A DNA stretch of 64,000 bases from Podarcis filfolensis (Eukaryota). The notes under the pieces are model-generated. The model did not search any database. It had not been told where the DNA came from and saw nothing but the letters and a program-made list of their open reading frames with translations. The DNA is taken from the NCBI GenBank assembly GCA_964270895.1, contig OZ185435.1; one strand, given 5' to 3'. The translations under genes were made by a program, and so were the position numbers. Positions 62,826-64,000 of this stretch are shown one piece after another (within the stretch, counting starts at the first letter, position 1; the number at the start of each line of letters is the position of its first letter).

Positions 62826-64000
62826 CTATAAAAAGTATAATGCATATAAATATAGAACACCGAAGCATTAGCACACTCATGCACACCAGGTCTAATTCAC
62901 TTGTAGCACACTACAATTCCAACTTGATTAATCTAACATAATATTTTAGCACAGCACATTTATTTTTCTATTTAGCTACTGACCAGACTGTTGCTGTTGA
63001 CTATTTGGTTTTGAGTTCTATTAGCAAAGAAAATCTAGAGGCATTGACAATTCTGCTCTTCAGGCTTCCATTCTCTTATAATGAAATTGGAAACCAAAAC
63101 ATAGCTCAAAATAAAATCTTAATACATAAATAGCCCTTTAATATATTCAAAATTCATACATTGCCTCTCTTTACCCTTCTCCCCTTGATAAGATCCCACT
63201 TAGCCACACCTATATTGAATCATGTTTATCTGCATTAAATCATGGCAGCTTGACTTTTAATAATTAACTTTTGAAGCAAGGGCCTGTTAAACAAGGGTGT
63301 GAACATCCATGACCTTTGTCTTTGTCTTTGTCTTTCAGTGCCTAACTGCTGTTTAGAAATTGTTGGTGCTACTTAACTTAGAAAGGAATTAACTATCTGT
63401 CTCAGATACTATTCTTTATATGTATCTGCTTCAGATCTGTCCAGCCCTGCACATTTGTCACAACACCATAATGTTGATAAAGTCACTTTGCCACACACAG
63501 CCATTGTGCAACTCTAGGGTGTAATAGCAGGGATAAACAGAGAACAGAAATGAGGAGGGGTTAACTCTCAGTCCCATTTCCTGATATTTTACAGGTTCTT
63601 TAGTCCCAGTGGCTGGAGGGCAGCTGGGACAACCTTGCCCAGACTTACTTGCTAACAATAACAGCAAAAGAGGGTTTTACTTTGCAGAGCATAGCCTTAT
63701 AAGCTCTGGCCCATTTGCCCAGATCTGAGTATCGATTCTTTAACAGTTTTGGAAATTCTGCTTATTGCAACTTTAAAGAACCTTCAAAAGACTGAGTAAT
63801 CTGTCCGGTAGGTGATGTATAATTACCAGACTAGTTTTCAAGTCCTCGAAAGGGTGATTGCCATGAGTTTTAAAAATACAAGGCAAGCTGAAAATGAATC
63901 TAAGTTGTAGTCCTTCTTCAAAATATTATTATTTTCTTCCTCAGTATGGACTCCAGACTGTTGAGGTAAATAGTGCCAGAATGTAAATAAGTGCAACAAG

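Noticed and set aside
62826-64000. Further upstream NUCB2 exon (NHPGSKDQLKEVW region)
   Set aside because: Not found on inspection; probably beyond the window edge.

Overview
Vertebrate genomic DNA, most likely from a squamate and probably a lacertid lizard (Sauria-type SINEs and Bov-B LINE remnants). It is the conserved ABCC8-KCNJ11-NCR3LG1-NUCB2 synteny block. Plus strand: the last 17 coding exons of ABCC8/SUR1 (1-20783, two putative GC-AG introns), then intronless KCNJ11/Kir6.2 (24873-26075, 400 aa) in a CpG island with a poly-Ala (GCC)11 upstream ORF. Minus strand: a 9-exon B7-family gene at the NCR3LG1/B7-H6 position (53825-37947, about 850 aa by manual assembly), and the last six coding exons of NUCB2 (62825-58130). 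The most striking feature is the B7-H6-like gene. After a signal peptide, IgV, IgC1 and a clear transmembrane exon come five further in-frame Ig C1-like exons that would lie in the cytosol. Four of these five lack the canonical disulfide pair and none has an N-glycosylation sequon. An exact IRF-E motif and kappaB-like sites lie at its 5' end. Introns and intergenic DNA carry MITEs (Tc1/mariner-type and hAT-type, several with intact TSDs), SINEs, Bov-B/CR1/L2 fragments and microsatellites. All exon calls were made by hand from translation, splice signals and phase. Comparisons with human proteins are from memory; no database search was run.
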